Shown here piece after piece: positions 8,461 to 19,177 of a stretch of DNA of 64,000 nt; position 1 is the first letter of the stretch, and each line of letters starts with the position of its first letter. Below the pieces are notes generated by a model, which saw nothing but the letters and a program-made list of their open reading frames with translations, was not told the DNA's origin and did no database searches. The stretch covers positions 425,478 through 489,477 of the forward strand of contig CAVXUR010000004.1 of assembly GCA_963764925.1 (NCBI GenBank), read 5' to 3'. The DNA comes from an uncultured Acidobacteriota bacterium (GTDB lineage Bacteria > Acidobacteriota > Vicinamibacteria > Vicinamibacterales > 2-12-FULL-66-21). The position numbers and the translations under genes were made by a program.

Positions 8461-8612
8461 CTAGTCTTATCCGAGGGGCTTCGCCCCTCGGACTCCCCTG
8501 CACGCTCTCTCGCGCGCCGCTTCGTCGGCGCGCGCCGTTCGCGTGGCTCGCTCGCGATGCTCGCTCGCACCGTGGAACGAGCCAGGGTTATGAGATAGCT
8601 TCTAGCACTGGA
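8461..8612. repeat. Hairpin-rich REP/MITE-like element, copy 1 (short form)
   Basis: It starts CTAG immediately after the TAG stop at 8458..8460. Its modules are ccgaggggcttcgcccctcgg, gcgcgccgcttcgtcggcgcgc and gtggctcgctcgcgatgctcgctcgcac. The reverse complement of 26345..26530 carries the same modules in the same order. Confidence 0.7.
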
Positions 8613-8635
8613 CGAAACGCCACGATTGCGAGAAG

Positions 8636-10188
8636 ATGCCCGCCGAGCCACTCGGCAGCATGCCATACGCCTCACACCGTCTCGTTCGCCGCGACACCGT
8701 CTTCAGGGCGCTCGCCGGGTTCGCCGTCCTGGCGGCGCTCGCTGGATCGACGGCGCCCGCGGCCGATCAAGCAGTCGCGGCGCCCGACGATCCATTCATC
8801 GTCAAGCCGTACCTGCAGCTCGGTGACCTGCCCAGGCTGTCACCGATGGAGCCGGTGCGCGTGCTCTGGCAGGCGGCAAACGATGTCGACGCGAAATGGG
8901 TCGTTGAGCTGCGCCAGCGTGACAGCGAGCCGTGGCGGTCCGCAATCGCAAGCGGCGGCCGGCTGATCACCATGGCCGACAGTTCCTACAGGCTCTTTAG
9001 CGTGCCGTTGACGCGTCTCGAGCCTGGCCGCGAGTTCGAGTATCGCGTGACGCGCAATGCACAGGTCGTGTTCACTGCGAAGGGTAAGACGCGTGCGGCG
9101 GCAGACCAGCCGTACCGCTTCGCCGTCACCGGCGACACCGGCGCCCACACCGACCAGGAGAAACGCGTCGTCTTTCAGATGCACCGCGCCCAGCCGGACT
9201 TCGTGGCCATTGCCGGCGACATCGTCTATTCGACCGGCCGGATGGTCGAGTATCGCGAGAAATACTTTCCCATCTACAACGCCGACACCGCGGCTCCCGA
9301 TAGCGGCGCGCCGCTGATTCGCTCGCGGCTCTCGTTCGGCGTCCTATGGCAATCACGACGCCGGCACCGGCGACTACGACAGGGATCCCGACGGCCAGGC
9401 GTATTTCCTGACCTGGTCATTCCCCTTGAACGGCCCATATACGCAGCCCGGTCTGCCGAATACTCCGGCCTTCAAAGGGCCGCCCGATCGCCTCAAGGCC
9501 CATCTCGCGAACATTCGATCGACTTACCCGCGGATGGCCAACTATTCGTTCGACTATGGCAATTCGCACTGGACGTTTCTCGACTCGAACGTCTACGTCG
9601 ACTGGTCGGATGCGTACCTGCGCAACTGGCTGGCGCGGGATCTGGCGGCGGCGAAGGATGCCACCTGGAAGTTCGTGGTCTTTCACCACCCGCCGTTCAA
9701 CTCATCGCGGGCGCATTTTTCGGAACAGCAGATGCGCTTGATCAGCGACATCCTCGAGCATCGCGGCGTCGACATCGTCTTCAACGGTCACGTGCACAAT
9801 TATCAGCGCAGCCGCCCGCTCAAGTTTCTGGCAAAGCCCGCTCCGGATCGCACTTTCAAGGCGGCGAGCTCCTACGTGATCGACGGCGACTTCGAGATCG
9901 ACGAGACGCTTCGACGGGCTCGCCGACACGACACCCGACGGTGTCCTCTACATCGTGACCGGCGCCGGCGGCGCCGGCGCCTACGATCCCGATCAGACCG
10001 ACAACGTGCCGACGTGGCAGCCGTTCACCGTGAAGCTCGTGAGCGATGTGTATTCGTTCACCGTCGTCGACGTCGACGGCCCTCGGCTCACACTGAAGCA
10101 GATCTCCGAGCAGGGCGAGGAGCTCGATCGGATCGTCGTCACCAAGCCGGCGTCGCGCAACGAGACGAGCACAGGCCCAGGGCGCTGA
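8636..10188 (+). CDS. Secreted calcineurin-like metallophosphoesterase (purple-acid-phosphatase-like; at least 2 frame changes)
   Basis: Pieces are 8636..about 9350, the 9426 frame and 9955..10188. Motifs in order: YRFAVTGDTGAH, FVAIAGDIVYSTG, GNHDAGTGDY (shifted frame), FVVFHHPPFNSS, DIVFNGHVHNYQRS, LYIVTGAGGAG. These match the GD / GDxxY / GNHD / HH / GHxH metallophosphoesterase series. Confidence 0.8.
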
Positions 10189-10215
10189 ACATTCGCCCGG
10201 ATGGCAGGTTGAAGG

Positions 10216-10746
10216 TCAGTTCAAGCTTTCGTCGGGTGGGCAGTCGTCGCTCCGGCTGTCTTTGAGCCCAATCTCGTCGAGCTGGCGTTGCAGGGCCATC
10301 CGGTCGAGCATCTCGAGCCGCAGGCTGGTAAATATCTTGATTCGCGCGTCGAGCTCACGAAACGCCTTCGTGAACGCTCTGGCCTTGTCCTCGTCTGATC
10401 CGACGGCGGCCGCGGGATCTTCGATGCCCCAGTGCGCCGTCATCGGTTGACCCGGCCAGACCGGGCACACTTCCGCCGCAGCGTTGTCGCAGACGGTGAA
10501 GACGAACTGCATCGGCGGCGCATCCGGCGATGAGAATTCGTTCCAGCTCTTGCTGCGCAGCTGGTCGGTCGGCAGCTTGCTTCGTTGGAGCGTCTCGATC
10601 GCGAGGGGATGGACCTCTCCTTTCGGGAAGCTGCCGGCGCTGAACGCATGGAAGCGGCCCTTGCCCCAGTAATTCAACAGCGCTTCCGCCATGATGCTGC
10701 GCGCCGAGTTGCCGGTGCAGAGGAAGAGCACGTTGTACGAATCCAT
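10216..10746 (-). CDS. arsC: Arsenate reductase, LMW-PTP (thioredoxin-coupled) type
   Basis: Intact ORF. It has the VLFLCTGNSARSIMAEA P-loop (CX5R-S), plus FHAFSAGS...GEVHPLAIETL and FVFTVCDNAAAEVCPVWPG. It is divergent from arsR. Confidence 0.9.
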   Translation of the reverse strand: MDSYNVLFLCTGNSARSIMAEALLNYWGKGRFHAFSAGSFPKGEVHPLAIETLQRSKLPTDQLRSKSWNEFSSPDAPPMQFVFTVCDNAAAEVCPVWPGQPMTAHWGIEDPAAAVGSDEDKARAFTKAFRELDARIKIFTSLRLEMLDRMALQRQLDEIGLKDSRSDDCPPDESLN

Positions 10747-10786
10747 CTCGTCGTTCTCCTATCGAGCCAGCGACCCGCCCGCTACT

Positions 10787-10808
10787 TGTATTCGCATACG
10801 CGAATGCA
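10787..10808. promoter_or_regulatory. Near-perfect 22-bp palindrome in the arsC/arsR divergent spacer (candidate ArsR operator)
   Basis: tgtattcgcatacgcgaatgca pairs at 9 of 11 positions around its centre. A TATATT -10-like hexamer lies at about 10829..10834, only about 13 nt before the arsR ATG (10848). Confidence 0.4.
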
Positions 10809-10847
10809 CAAATCTAGGCCGGCCGTGCTATATTTGTCAACACACAT

Positions 10848-11339
10848 ATGAAGCAACCACTCGACCGGATGGCCGCGCTCTTCCAGGCGCTCGGCGATCC
10901 GACCCGGCTGCGCATCCTCGGCCTGCTGCTGACCGGCGAGGTCTGCGTCTGCCACATCCACGAGAGCCTGCGCATTCCCCAGCCAAAGGCATCGCGGCAT
11001 CTGGCGTACCTGCGCCGCTCCGGCCTGGTCGACACGCGCCGCGAGGGCTTGTGGGTGTACTACCGGCTCATCGAGCTCGCCGATCCCGTCGTCGGCACCA
11101 TCCGGCACGCGGTCACCGAGGCCCTCGGCCACCTCGAGAGCGTCCGCAAAGATACGACCCGTCTCCAGAAGAAGACCGGGTGCGCCCTTCCGAGTCCCGC
11201 CGCTCAGCTTCCTCCGGAAGTTGCGAGCCGGCTCTCGCGCCGCCGGAGAGGCCTGCCGCCGATTGACTACGCCGAACGCGCGAAAATCCATCCGAGCGTC
11301 GCACCTCCCGCAACGAGCCAGCCCGGATTGATCGAGTAG
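10848..11339 (+). CDS. arsR: ArsR/SmtB-family metalloregulator
   Basis: LFQALGDPTRLRILGLLLTGEVCVCHIHESLRIPQPKASRHLAYLRRSGLVDTRREGLWVYYRL matches an HTH with the CVC metalloid site. The last 50 or so codons overlap the convergent chrA 3' end, so the true stop may lie earlier. Confidence 0.85.
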   Translation: MKQPLDRMAALFQALGDPTRLRILGLLLTGEVCVCHIHESLRIPQPKASRHLAYLRRSGLVDTRREGLWVYYRLIELADPVVGTIRHAVTEALGHLESVRKDTTRLQKKTGCALPSPAAQLPPEVASRLSRRRRGLPPIDYAERAKIHPSVAPPATSQPGLIE

Positions 11340-12452
11340 CGCGTCAACAACAGCGCGCTGAGGCTCGCGAGCGCAAGTGGCACGGGCGCTCGGAGTGTCG
11401 CCGAGCCAAGCTGCCACGTCACCGCGGCCATCATCGCCAGCGACGCGACGTTCACGCCATCGAGCACCGCCCCCGCCACTCGAGAACGTCTCAGCCGCGG
11501 CACGAGCCGGCCGCTCAACGCCACAAACACGAACGCGGGTAGAAAGATGCCCACTGTCGCGACTGCGGCGCCAGCTGACGCCGCCGACGAGATACCCGAC
11601 AAACGTCGCCGTCGTGAAGAGTGGGCCTGGCGTGACCTGCCCGACGGCGACGGCGTCGAGCAGTTGCTGCTCGGTGAGCCAGCCGAGTCGCTCAACGACA
11701 TCGGCGCGCAGAAACGCGACGAGCACGTAGCCGCTGCCGAAGAGGAGCGCGCCAATCCTGGCGAAGACCAGAAACAGCGACCACAGCGTGAACGCTGCGG
11801 TCGGACCGGCCGCGCCGGCGATCGTGGCCGCCAGCACTCCAACCCGCCACGAAGTCCAGCCGCAGACAAGACTCAACAGCGCAGCGAATCGGCCGCGCCA
11901 CGTAACCGCGCCCACCGCAGCGCCGCTGGCCAGACCGGCGGCAAGCAGCACGACCATCTCGTGCACGCCCGACAGAAGCGCCACGAGCGCAGCCAGCCCC
12001 AGCACCGCGAGATACGAAGACTTCACGGCGGTTCGACCCAGTTGCCACAGGGCAGAGACGACGATGGCGATGACGACCGGTGCGATCCCGGCAAGGATGC
12101 CGGCGACTTGCGGAAGCGCGCCGTACCGCACGTACCCCCACGCGATCACGCCGACGATGAGCGCCGATGGAAGGATGAAGCACACGCCGCTGACGAACAG
12201 TCCCGGCCAGCCGTGCCGCGCCAGGCCGATGTGGATCGCCAACTCGGTCGAGTTCGGACCGGGAATGAGGTTCGTCGCGCCAACGTAGTCGAGGAATTGC
12301 TCGCGCGACAGCCATCGACGGCGGCGCACGACCTCGTCCTCCATCATCGCGACGTGCGCCGCCGGACCACCGAAGGCGGTCGTTCCGAGGCGCAGAAAGA
12401 GCAGGGCCATGTCGAGCAGCGCGGGCGTCGCCGTCCATCGGACCATGGCCAT
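11267..12452 (-). CDS. chrA: Chromate transporter ChrA (one frame change near 11560)
   Basis: ORF 10782..12452 N-terminal part: LFLRLGTTAFGGPAAHVAMMEDEVVRRRRWLSREQFLDYVGATNLIPGPNSTE...VGQVTPGPLFTTATFVGY (two CHR halves). The C-terminus continues in ORF 11267..11869: GIFLPAFVFVALS...AVTWQLG...NPGWLVAGGATLGWIF. Confidence 0.85.
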
Positions 12453-12617
12453 ACGTTACGACCAGATCGTATCGGGCGGGTAACGGCCTTCTGTCTGTCA
12501 GTCCGGTCGACACGCCAGCGTTGCCGACCTCCTGCAATCCTCGGTTCTGCGGTAGCCTCTAGTGCCACGGATCACACGGACAACACGGATCGGGTTCATG
12601 AGATAGGTTCTAGTGTC

Positions 12618-13739
12618 ATGCGTCAACGACGAGCTCTCGCCTCGTGTATTGCCTTCATGTTGGCTCTGGGTGCGATCTGGCAGCTTTCCCTCCTGGCTAC
12701 CGTCCAACCGGACCGTCAGTCGGTCATCCTGATCACGCTCGACGGCGCGCGGACCGAGGAGATCTTTGGCGGCCTCGATGTCGATGTCTTCAAGTCGACG
12801 CTGCGCGAGAAGCAGCGGATCGAGGACCAGCCGGCGTACCGGCGCTTCTGGGCCGAGACGCCGGCCGCGCGGCGCGAGAAGCTGATGCCGTTCTTCTGGG
12901 GCACGCTCATGCGCGAGCACGGATCGATTGCCGGCAACCGGACGCTCGGCAGCTCCGTCACGCTGACCAACACCCACCGCTTTTCCTACCCCGGCTACTC
13001 CGAGATCCTCCTCGGCGAGGCGCACGACGACATCATCAAGAGCAACGACCCGGTGCGCAACCCGTATGCGACGGTGCTCGAGGAGCTGCGGACGCGGCTG
13101 GAGCTGACGCCAGGCGCAGGTCGGCGTCTTTGCGTCGTGGAACGTGTTCGACGCGATCGTCGAGCACACGGAAGGGGCGCTGACGGTCAACGCCGGCTTC
13201 GAGCCGTTCGAGTCGCCGGACCCGGTGGTTCGCGATGCTCAGCCGCCTGCAGCTGGAGACGCCGACGCCGTGGGACTCGGTCAGGCACGACGTCTACACG
13301 TTCCGCTTTGCGATGGATCACCTCGCCGCGGCGCGGCCGCGCGCGCTCTACCTCGCGCTCGGCGAGACCGACGACTGGGCGCACGACGGCCGCTACGATC
13401 GCGTGCTCGAGACCTACGCGCGGACCGACGCGTACCTGCGCGAGCTCTGGACCTGGCTGCAGGCGGATCCGGAGTATCGCGACCGCACGCATCTCCTCAT
13501 CACGACCGATCACGGACGGGGACGCACGACCAAGGACTGGCGCAACCACGGCGCCAAGGTCGAGGGCGCCGCAGGACGTCTGGATCGCGCTCGTCTCGCC
13601 CTCGATGTCGAGGCGCGGCGAGTGGCGCGATCACCCGGCGCTGCACACGAATCAGGTCGCGGCGACGCTCGCCGGCTGGATGGGCGTCGACTGGCGCGCC
13701 CTACGGCCGGCGGCCGGTCTCCCGATTCCCCGGAACTGA
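12618..13739 (+). CDS. Secreted alkaline-phosphatase-superfamily hydrolase (NPP/sulfatase-like core; several frame changes)
   Basis: The Met at 12618 gives MRQRRALASCIAFMLALGAIWQL (signal peptide). Then SVILITLDGARTEEIFGG and THRFSYPGYSEILLG. Shifted frames give ALYLALGETDDWAHDGRYDRVLETYARTDAYLRELW and THLLITTDHGRG. The tail reads VWIALVSP...HTNQVAATLAGWMGV-stop (13739). Confidence 0.55.
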   Translation: MRQRRALASCIAFMLALGAIWQLSLLATVQPDRQSVILITLDGARTEEIFGGLDVDVFKSTLREKQRIEDQPAYRRFWAETPAARREKLMPFFWGTLMREHGSIAGNRTLGSSVTLTNTHRFSYPGYSEILLGEAHDDIIKSNDPVRNPYATVLEELRTRLELTPGAGRRLCVVERVRRDRRAHGRGADGQRRLRAVRVAGPGGSRCSAACSWRRRRRGTRSGTTSTRSALRWITSPRRGRARSTSRSARPTTGRTTAATIACSRPTRGPTRTCASSGPGCRRIRSIATARISSSRPITDGDARPRTGATTAPRSRAPQDVWIALVSPSMSRRGEWRDHPALHTNQVAATLAGWMGVDWRALRPAAGLPIPRN

Positions 13740-15781
13740 CGCCGGCGGCGCCGCGGCGGCGGCGCGTAGCTGCCGCGCGTCGCGCGCAGCATCTTCAGGA
13801 ACACGTCGCTGTTCTCGTAGACGCCGGTGAACTGCCACGCGCCGGGCCCTGAGGCCGACAGCGGCACGTCCGACGCCGTGTGGCCGGAGATGGTGTGGCC
13901 AAGCGACGCCGTGTCGCCGGGACATCCCGCCGGCGGACGGACACGGCGTCTCGCCGTTCTCGATCGTGCCCCGCACGAGAAACCCGGGAATCGGCCACGC
14001 CGCGCGTCGTCTTGTTGTCGCTCGCTCGCCGCGGCCGTCCCGCGCCGGGTTGGCCACGCTCACCGCCGGCTTCCCCTCCGCCGACCGCCGCCTCCAGCTG
14101 CAGCCGGTTCGAGATCCAGTTCTCGTAGTGATCGGGACCCGCCGCCCACCCGAGCAGGATCTTCCGCGACGGATCCGGATCGACGGGATAGCCCCGCTCG
14201 TCCACCTGGTAGTTGGGAAAGAAGTTCAGCTCCTGCTCCGGCACGAACCGGAACACGGCCGCGTAGTCGCGCACGGCCTTGCCGAGCGCGTCCGGCGCGT
14301 AGCGCTCGTTGCCGACGCCGATGATGCCCGAGGCCGCCGGTTTCGTGGTCGGCGGTCACGATGACCAGCGTGTCGTTGGCCGGATCGCGATCGCTGTTGG
14401 TGCGCCGCGCGAAGTCGAGCGCGACCTGCACGGCGCGATCGAACTCGATCACGTCCCAGATCGTGCGCTCGGCGTCGACGCGCGTGCGCGCGCTTGTCGA
14501 TCGACGCGCCCTCGACCATCAGGTAGAACCCGCGCGGCGAATGCGCCGAGAGGCTGCGCAAGCGCCAGCCGCGCCAGGTCTTCGAGCATCGGCGTGTCGC
14601 GGTAGGCGGCGTTCGCCGGCCGCGCCAGCTCGTCGCTGTAGCGGCCGGCGCCGACCTTGTCGAAGGCGACGGGCAGGTGCGTCGCGTGGAACAGGCCGAG
14701 AATCCTCGCCGGCGGCGTCGGCGCCGCCGACAGCCGCGCGACGTCGGTCGCGTTGGCAACCCTCGCGTATCCCGCCCGCTCGAACTCGTCGCGCAGCCGA
14801 CGGCCGTCGGTTCGCTCGCCCCCGGCGCCCTTCGGCATGAAGTATCGCGCGCCGCCGCCGAGCAGGACGCTGACGCCGTTGGCCTCGCGCTCGTCGAAGA
14901 ACCGAGCGGCGATGCCCGGCTCCCGCGTACCGATCCGACGTGTGCACGGCGTTGGCCGCCGGCGTCGAGTCGGTCACGTCGGCGGTCGTCACGATGCCGA
15001 CGTTGAAGCCGCGGCCGCGCGTGCGCGTCAGCAGCTCGCCGATGTACTCGATGCGCGGATTGTCGAACGCATCGGCGCGTGTTGTCGGGAAAGACGCCCT
15101 CCTGGTTGTTGTTGTTCTTCTGCCCGGTCGAGTACGCGGCCATCCCGGGCGACGAATCGGTGATCGCCGAGTTGAGCGACGCGGTCATCACCATGCCGGT
15201 GACGTCGAGCGTGTCCATCGCCAGGCGGCCGTTGGCCTTGCCGTTGTGCAGTCCGCGCGAGACGAGCCGCGCCGCCGTCCGGTGCGCGATGCCCATGCCG
15301 TCGCCGAGCAGCAGGATGACGTTCCGCGCCGACGCGGCCGTGCCGCCGGGCCTGCCAGCGCTCGACGGTCAGCCGCACCGTCGCGCGCGCGCCGTCGGCC
15401 GTGCGCGCCTCGATCACGAGCGGGCCCGGCACCGCTGACGCTGAAGTCGCGCAGCAGGAAGTTCGTCGTGTTCGGCGGCGCCGCGCCGGCCCGGTGCGCC
15501 GGCGGACACCGCTGCCGTCGGTGCCCGGTGCCGCCGGCGCCGCGCTCGCCGCCGGCACCGGCCGCGAGGATGTTGCGGCCGCGTGACGTCGCTGCCGTTG
15601 ACGAGCACCGTCAGACCTCGCGGCGGCTCGGTCCCGTCCGCCGTCGCCTCGACCCGGACGTCGACCCGCTGACCGGCCGCGAGCACGCCGCCGTCGGGCG
15701 GCATGATGCGAATCCGCGTCGCCGCCTGACGCCGGCACGACGCCCAGGCAGACGCACACGCACAGCCAGCGTGAATCTCAT
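13740..15781 (-). CDS. PhoA-family alkaline phosphatase with an N-terminal extra domain (many frame changes; 3' end uncertain)
   Basis: The ATG at 15781 gives the MRFTLAV... signal. Pieces on the minus strand: ARNVILLLGDGMGIAHRTAARL, ITDSSPGMAAYSTGQK (Ser nucleophile motif), GIVTTADVTDSTPAANAVHTSDR, GFYLMVEGASIDKRAH, LVIVTADHETGG, GHTASDVPLSASGPGAWQFTGVYENSDVF. The stop codon is not cleanly identifiable, and the last ORF piece runs on to 13652. Confidence 0.8.
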
Positions 15782-15806
15782 GGCCCGATGTCTCACCACT
15801 CGTCGG

Positions 15807-16335
15807 TCAGGACTCGTCCCAGGCGCCGTTGCGGAAGAGCGTCAGCGCGATGTCGACGTTGCTCCGCAGCGCCCGCTTGATGGCCGGCCAGGTCTTGTCG
15901 CATTTCAGCAGCGTCTTCCACGAGTACAGGTGCTTCGGCTTGTGAAAGTCGCTGTTGGCGACATAGGGATAGTGCTTGAGGCTCGTCACGGAAAACAAGT
16001 CGTCGCGATTGCCGCCTCCCAGACGTCGACGAGGTCCGACAGCTCCTTCCGATGGTCCCACAGGTAGCAGGTGCTGATCTCGATGCGTCGCGTCGTCCGG
16101 TGATGCGGGTGCCGCGATGCTCGATTGCGTCGATACCGCAGAGCAAACCCTGGAACCGGAGCGGGACAACCGGCGAGCGCAGCGTCAGGTATTCGGGCTC
16201 GTCCACTTCAAGGTCGGACAGCGAATAGATCCTGGGGCGCACATCCGGAGGCGCATGCCGCAAGAGCGCGGCGAGCGTCGTCGTGATGTTCGTCGCCCGA
16301 TCGAAGTCGGCATCCGTGAAGACGGCAACCCGCAT
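15807..16335 (-). CDS. Hypothetical protein (frame broken), C-terminal part PHP-associated-like
   Basis: N-terminal piece: MRVAVFTDADFDRATNITTTLAALLRHAPPDVRPRIYSLSDLEVDEPEYLTL. C-terminal piece: FSVTSLKHYPYVANSDFHKPKHLYSWKTLLKCDKTWPAIKRALRSNVDIALTLF. It lies 25 nt upstream of the phoA-like gene on the same strand. Confidence 0.4.
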
Positions 16336-16609
16336 CCCGCGACCTCCTCATGTCGAAACAGAGTTCGCACGGACTCTGGGCGAGACCGCGCGCGAGGTCG
16401 CCTGCTGGGGAGGGCGACGAGGCTGGATGGCGAAAGAACCGGCGGCCGCCCGGTGGGCGGCGAGGGCGTCCGGCGCCTGCAGCGTGAGACTATCCGCTCA
16501 CGGTCAGGCGCCCCCTCAGGACCGACCACCGGCCGACCGCCGTTGGTATCAGATTCCCACAGCCATGTGACGTTTCGACAACGCCGGGGTTTCTGTCTTG
16601 CAAGATAAG

Positions 16610-17875
<1,266 letters not shown>

Positions 17876-17877
17876 GC

Positions 17878-18066
17878 ATGCTCGCGTTCCTGGGATTTGC
17901 TTCGATCCTCGTGCTGCTGGCGCTCATCATGAGCCGCCGACTCTCACCGCTGGTCGCGCTGATCGTCGTCCCCACGGCGGCGGCCCTGGTCGGCGGCTTC
18001 GGCCTGCGAACCACGCAGTTCATCGCGAGTGGTCTGCAGCAGACCGCGCCGGTCGCGGCGAAGTGA
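17878..18066 (+). pseudogene. Remnant: first ~62 codons of a CitMHS-family (citrate-Mg/H+) transporter
   Basis: MLAFLGFASILVLLALIMSRRLSPLVALIVVPTAAALVGGFGLRTTQFIASGLQQTAPVAAK-stop. This is a typical CitM N-terminus, but the usual 430 or so residues are missing. Confidence 0.55.
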
Positions 18067-18212
18067 TCCGCTACGAATTGCCGGCGATTGGCGCGCTGAA
18101 CTTTGTGCTGCATGGCCGGGTCGGCGGTGGCGTCACCCAGACGCTCGCGCTCGACGCGCATGGCAAGTCGTTGAGCTCGGCGCTCCTCGAGATGGAGATT
18201 CCGACTCCATAA
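18063..18212 (+). pseudogene. Remnant: C-terminal ~48 codons resembling an AtuA/DUF4387-type protein
   Basis: The tail of ORF 17853..18212 reads [48 protein letters not shown]-stop. I remember it as similar to AtuA-like C-termini. Confidence is low. Confidence 0.3.
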
Positions 18213-19177
18213 ACCTTCGCGGCCACGTCAGGGAAATCCGTGAATACGCCGTCCACGGCAAGGCTTCGTAGCTGCTCGAACTCTGCTTCGGGTTTGCCGG
18301 CATAGCCAGCCGGTAAAAACTCCTTGTCTATCCGCACCGTCCAGACGTGAACAAGAAGACCCGCGGCGTGCGCGCGGGCCACCAGGTCCGTTGGCGTTCC
18401 GAGCGACCCGTCACGGTCGACTGGGACGACTAGCCGTTTCTCAGGACCGAGGCCGTCGGCGTACTCGGCGATGTTCTTCAAGCCGTTCCCGTCGACCATC
18501 GCCGCGGTGCTGACCAGCTGAACAAGCCGGACGTCCGTCTTCTTTCGCAGATCACGCAGGTTGCCCTGCTCGAACGATTGGATGAATACCGGCGCTTCAC
18601 GACTATTCCAGCCGCGCGTGCGCAGCGATTCGACGAGGGGCTCCTCGAGCGGCAGCTGGATACTTCGAAAGTACGCCGGATGTTTCGTCTCAGGATAGAC
18701 GCCGACGGGCCGCCCGCGGGCTGCGCGCCCTCTCCTGCGCGAGCGCCAGCACTTCGTCAAACGTCGGGATCTGAAACTGACCGTCGTAGGCGTGAGAGCG
18801 GAAAGGCAGCCGCTCGCGCGCGCGAAGCGTCTTGATTTCCGCGAGCGTCAAATCCTCGCTGAACCAACCGCTCACCGACTGGCCGTCGATCACCCTGGTG
18901 CGCTTGCGATCGGGAAATCGCTCGGCCACGTCGGTCGTACCGCTGAGCTCGTTCTCGTGGCGTGCGATCAGGACGCCGTCCTTCGTCGAAACCAGATCCG
19001 GCTCGATGAAATCCGCACCCATCTCGACCGCGAGTTGTACGCCTCGAGCGTGTGCTCGGGTCGATGGCCGCTCGCGCCTCGGTGAGCGATGATGATCGGC
19101 CGCGGTGGAACGATGGCCGTCAGGGGCGGCCCGATCGCCCCGACAGTCAGGAGCACGACGCTGACAGAACGGATCAC
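18071..19177 (-). CDS. glpQ: Periplasmic glycerophosphodiester phosphodiesterase (at least 2 frame changes; non-native C-terminal tail)
   Basis: GDPD pieces: [85 protein letters not shown]. The GTG start at 19177 overlaps the receptor stop (GTGA). The last 45 or so codons read through the antisense of the gene remnant at 18063..18212. Confidence 0.85.

Noticed and set aside
11547-13739. 730-aa plus-strand ORF read as a single protein
   Set aside because: The first 355 or so codons are antisense to chrA and are Arg/Asp/Glu-rich nonsense. A signal-peptide Met at 12618 starts the real AP-superfamily gene, which then leaves this frame anyway.
16336-16597. 260-nt GC-rich spacer upstream of glgC as an ncRNA or riboswitch
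   Set aside because: It contains only generic GC hairpins, with no motif I recognise and no repeat-family membership. The short ORFs there look like noise.
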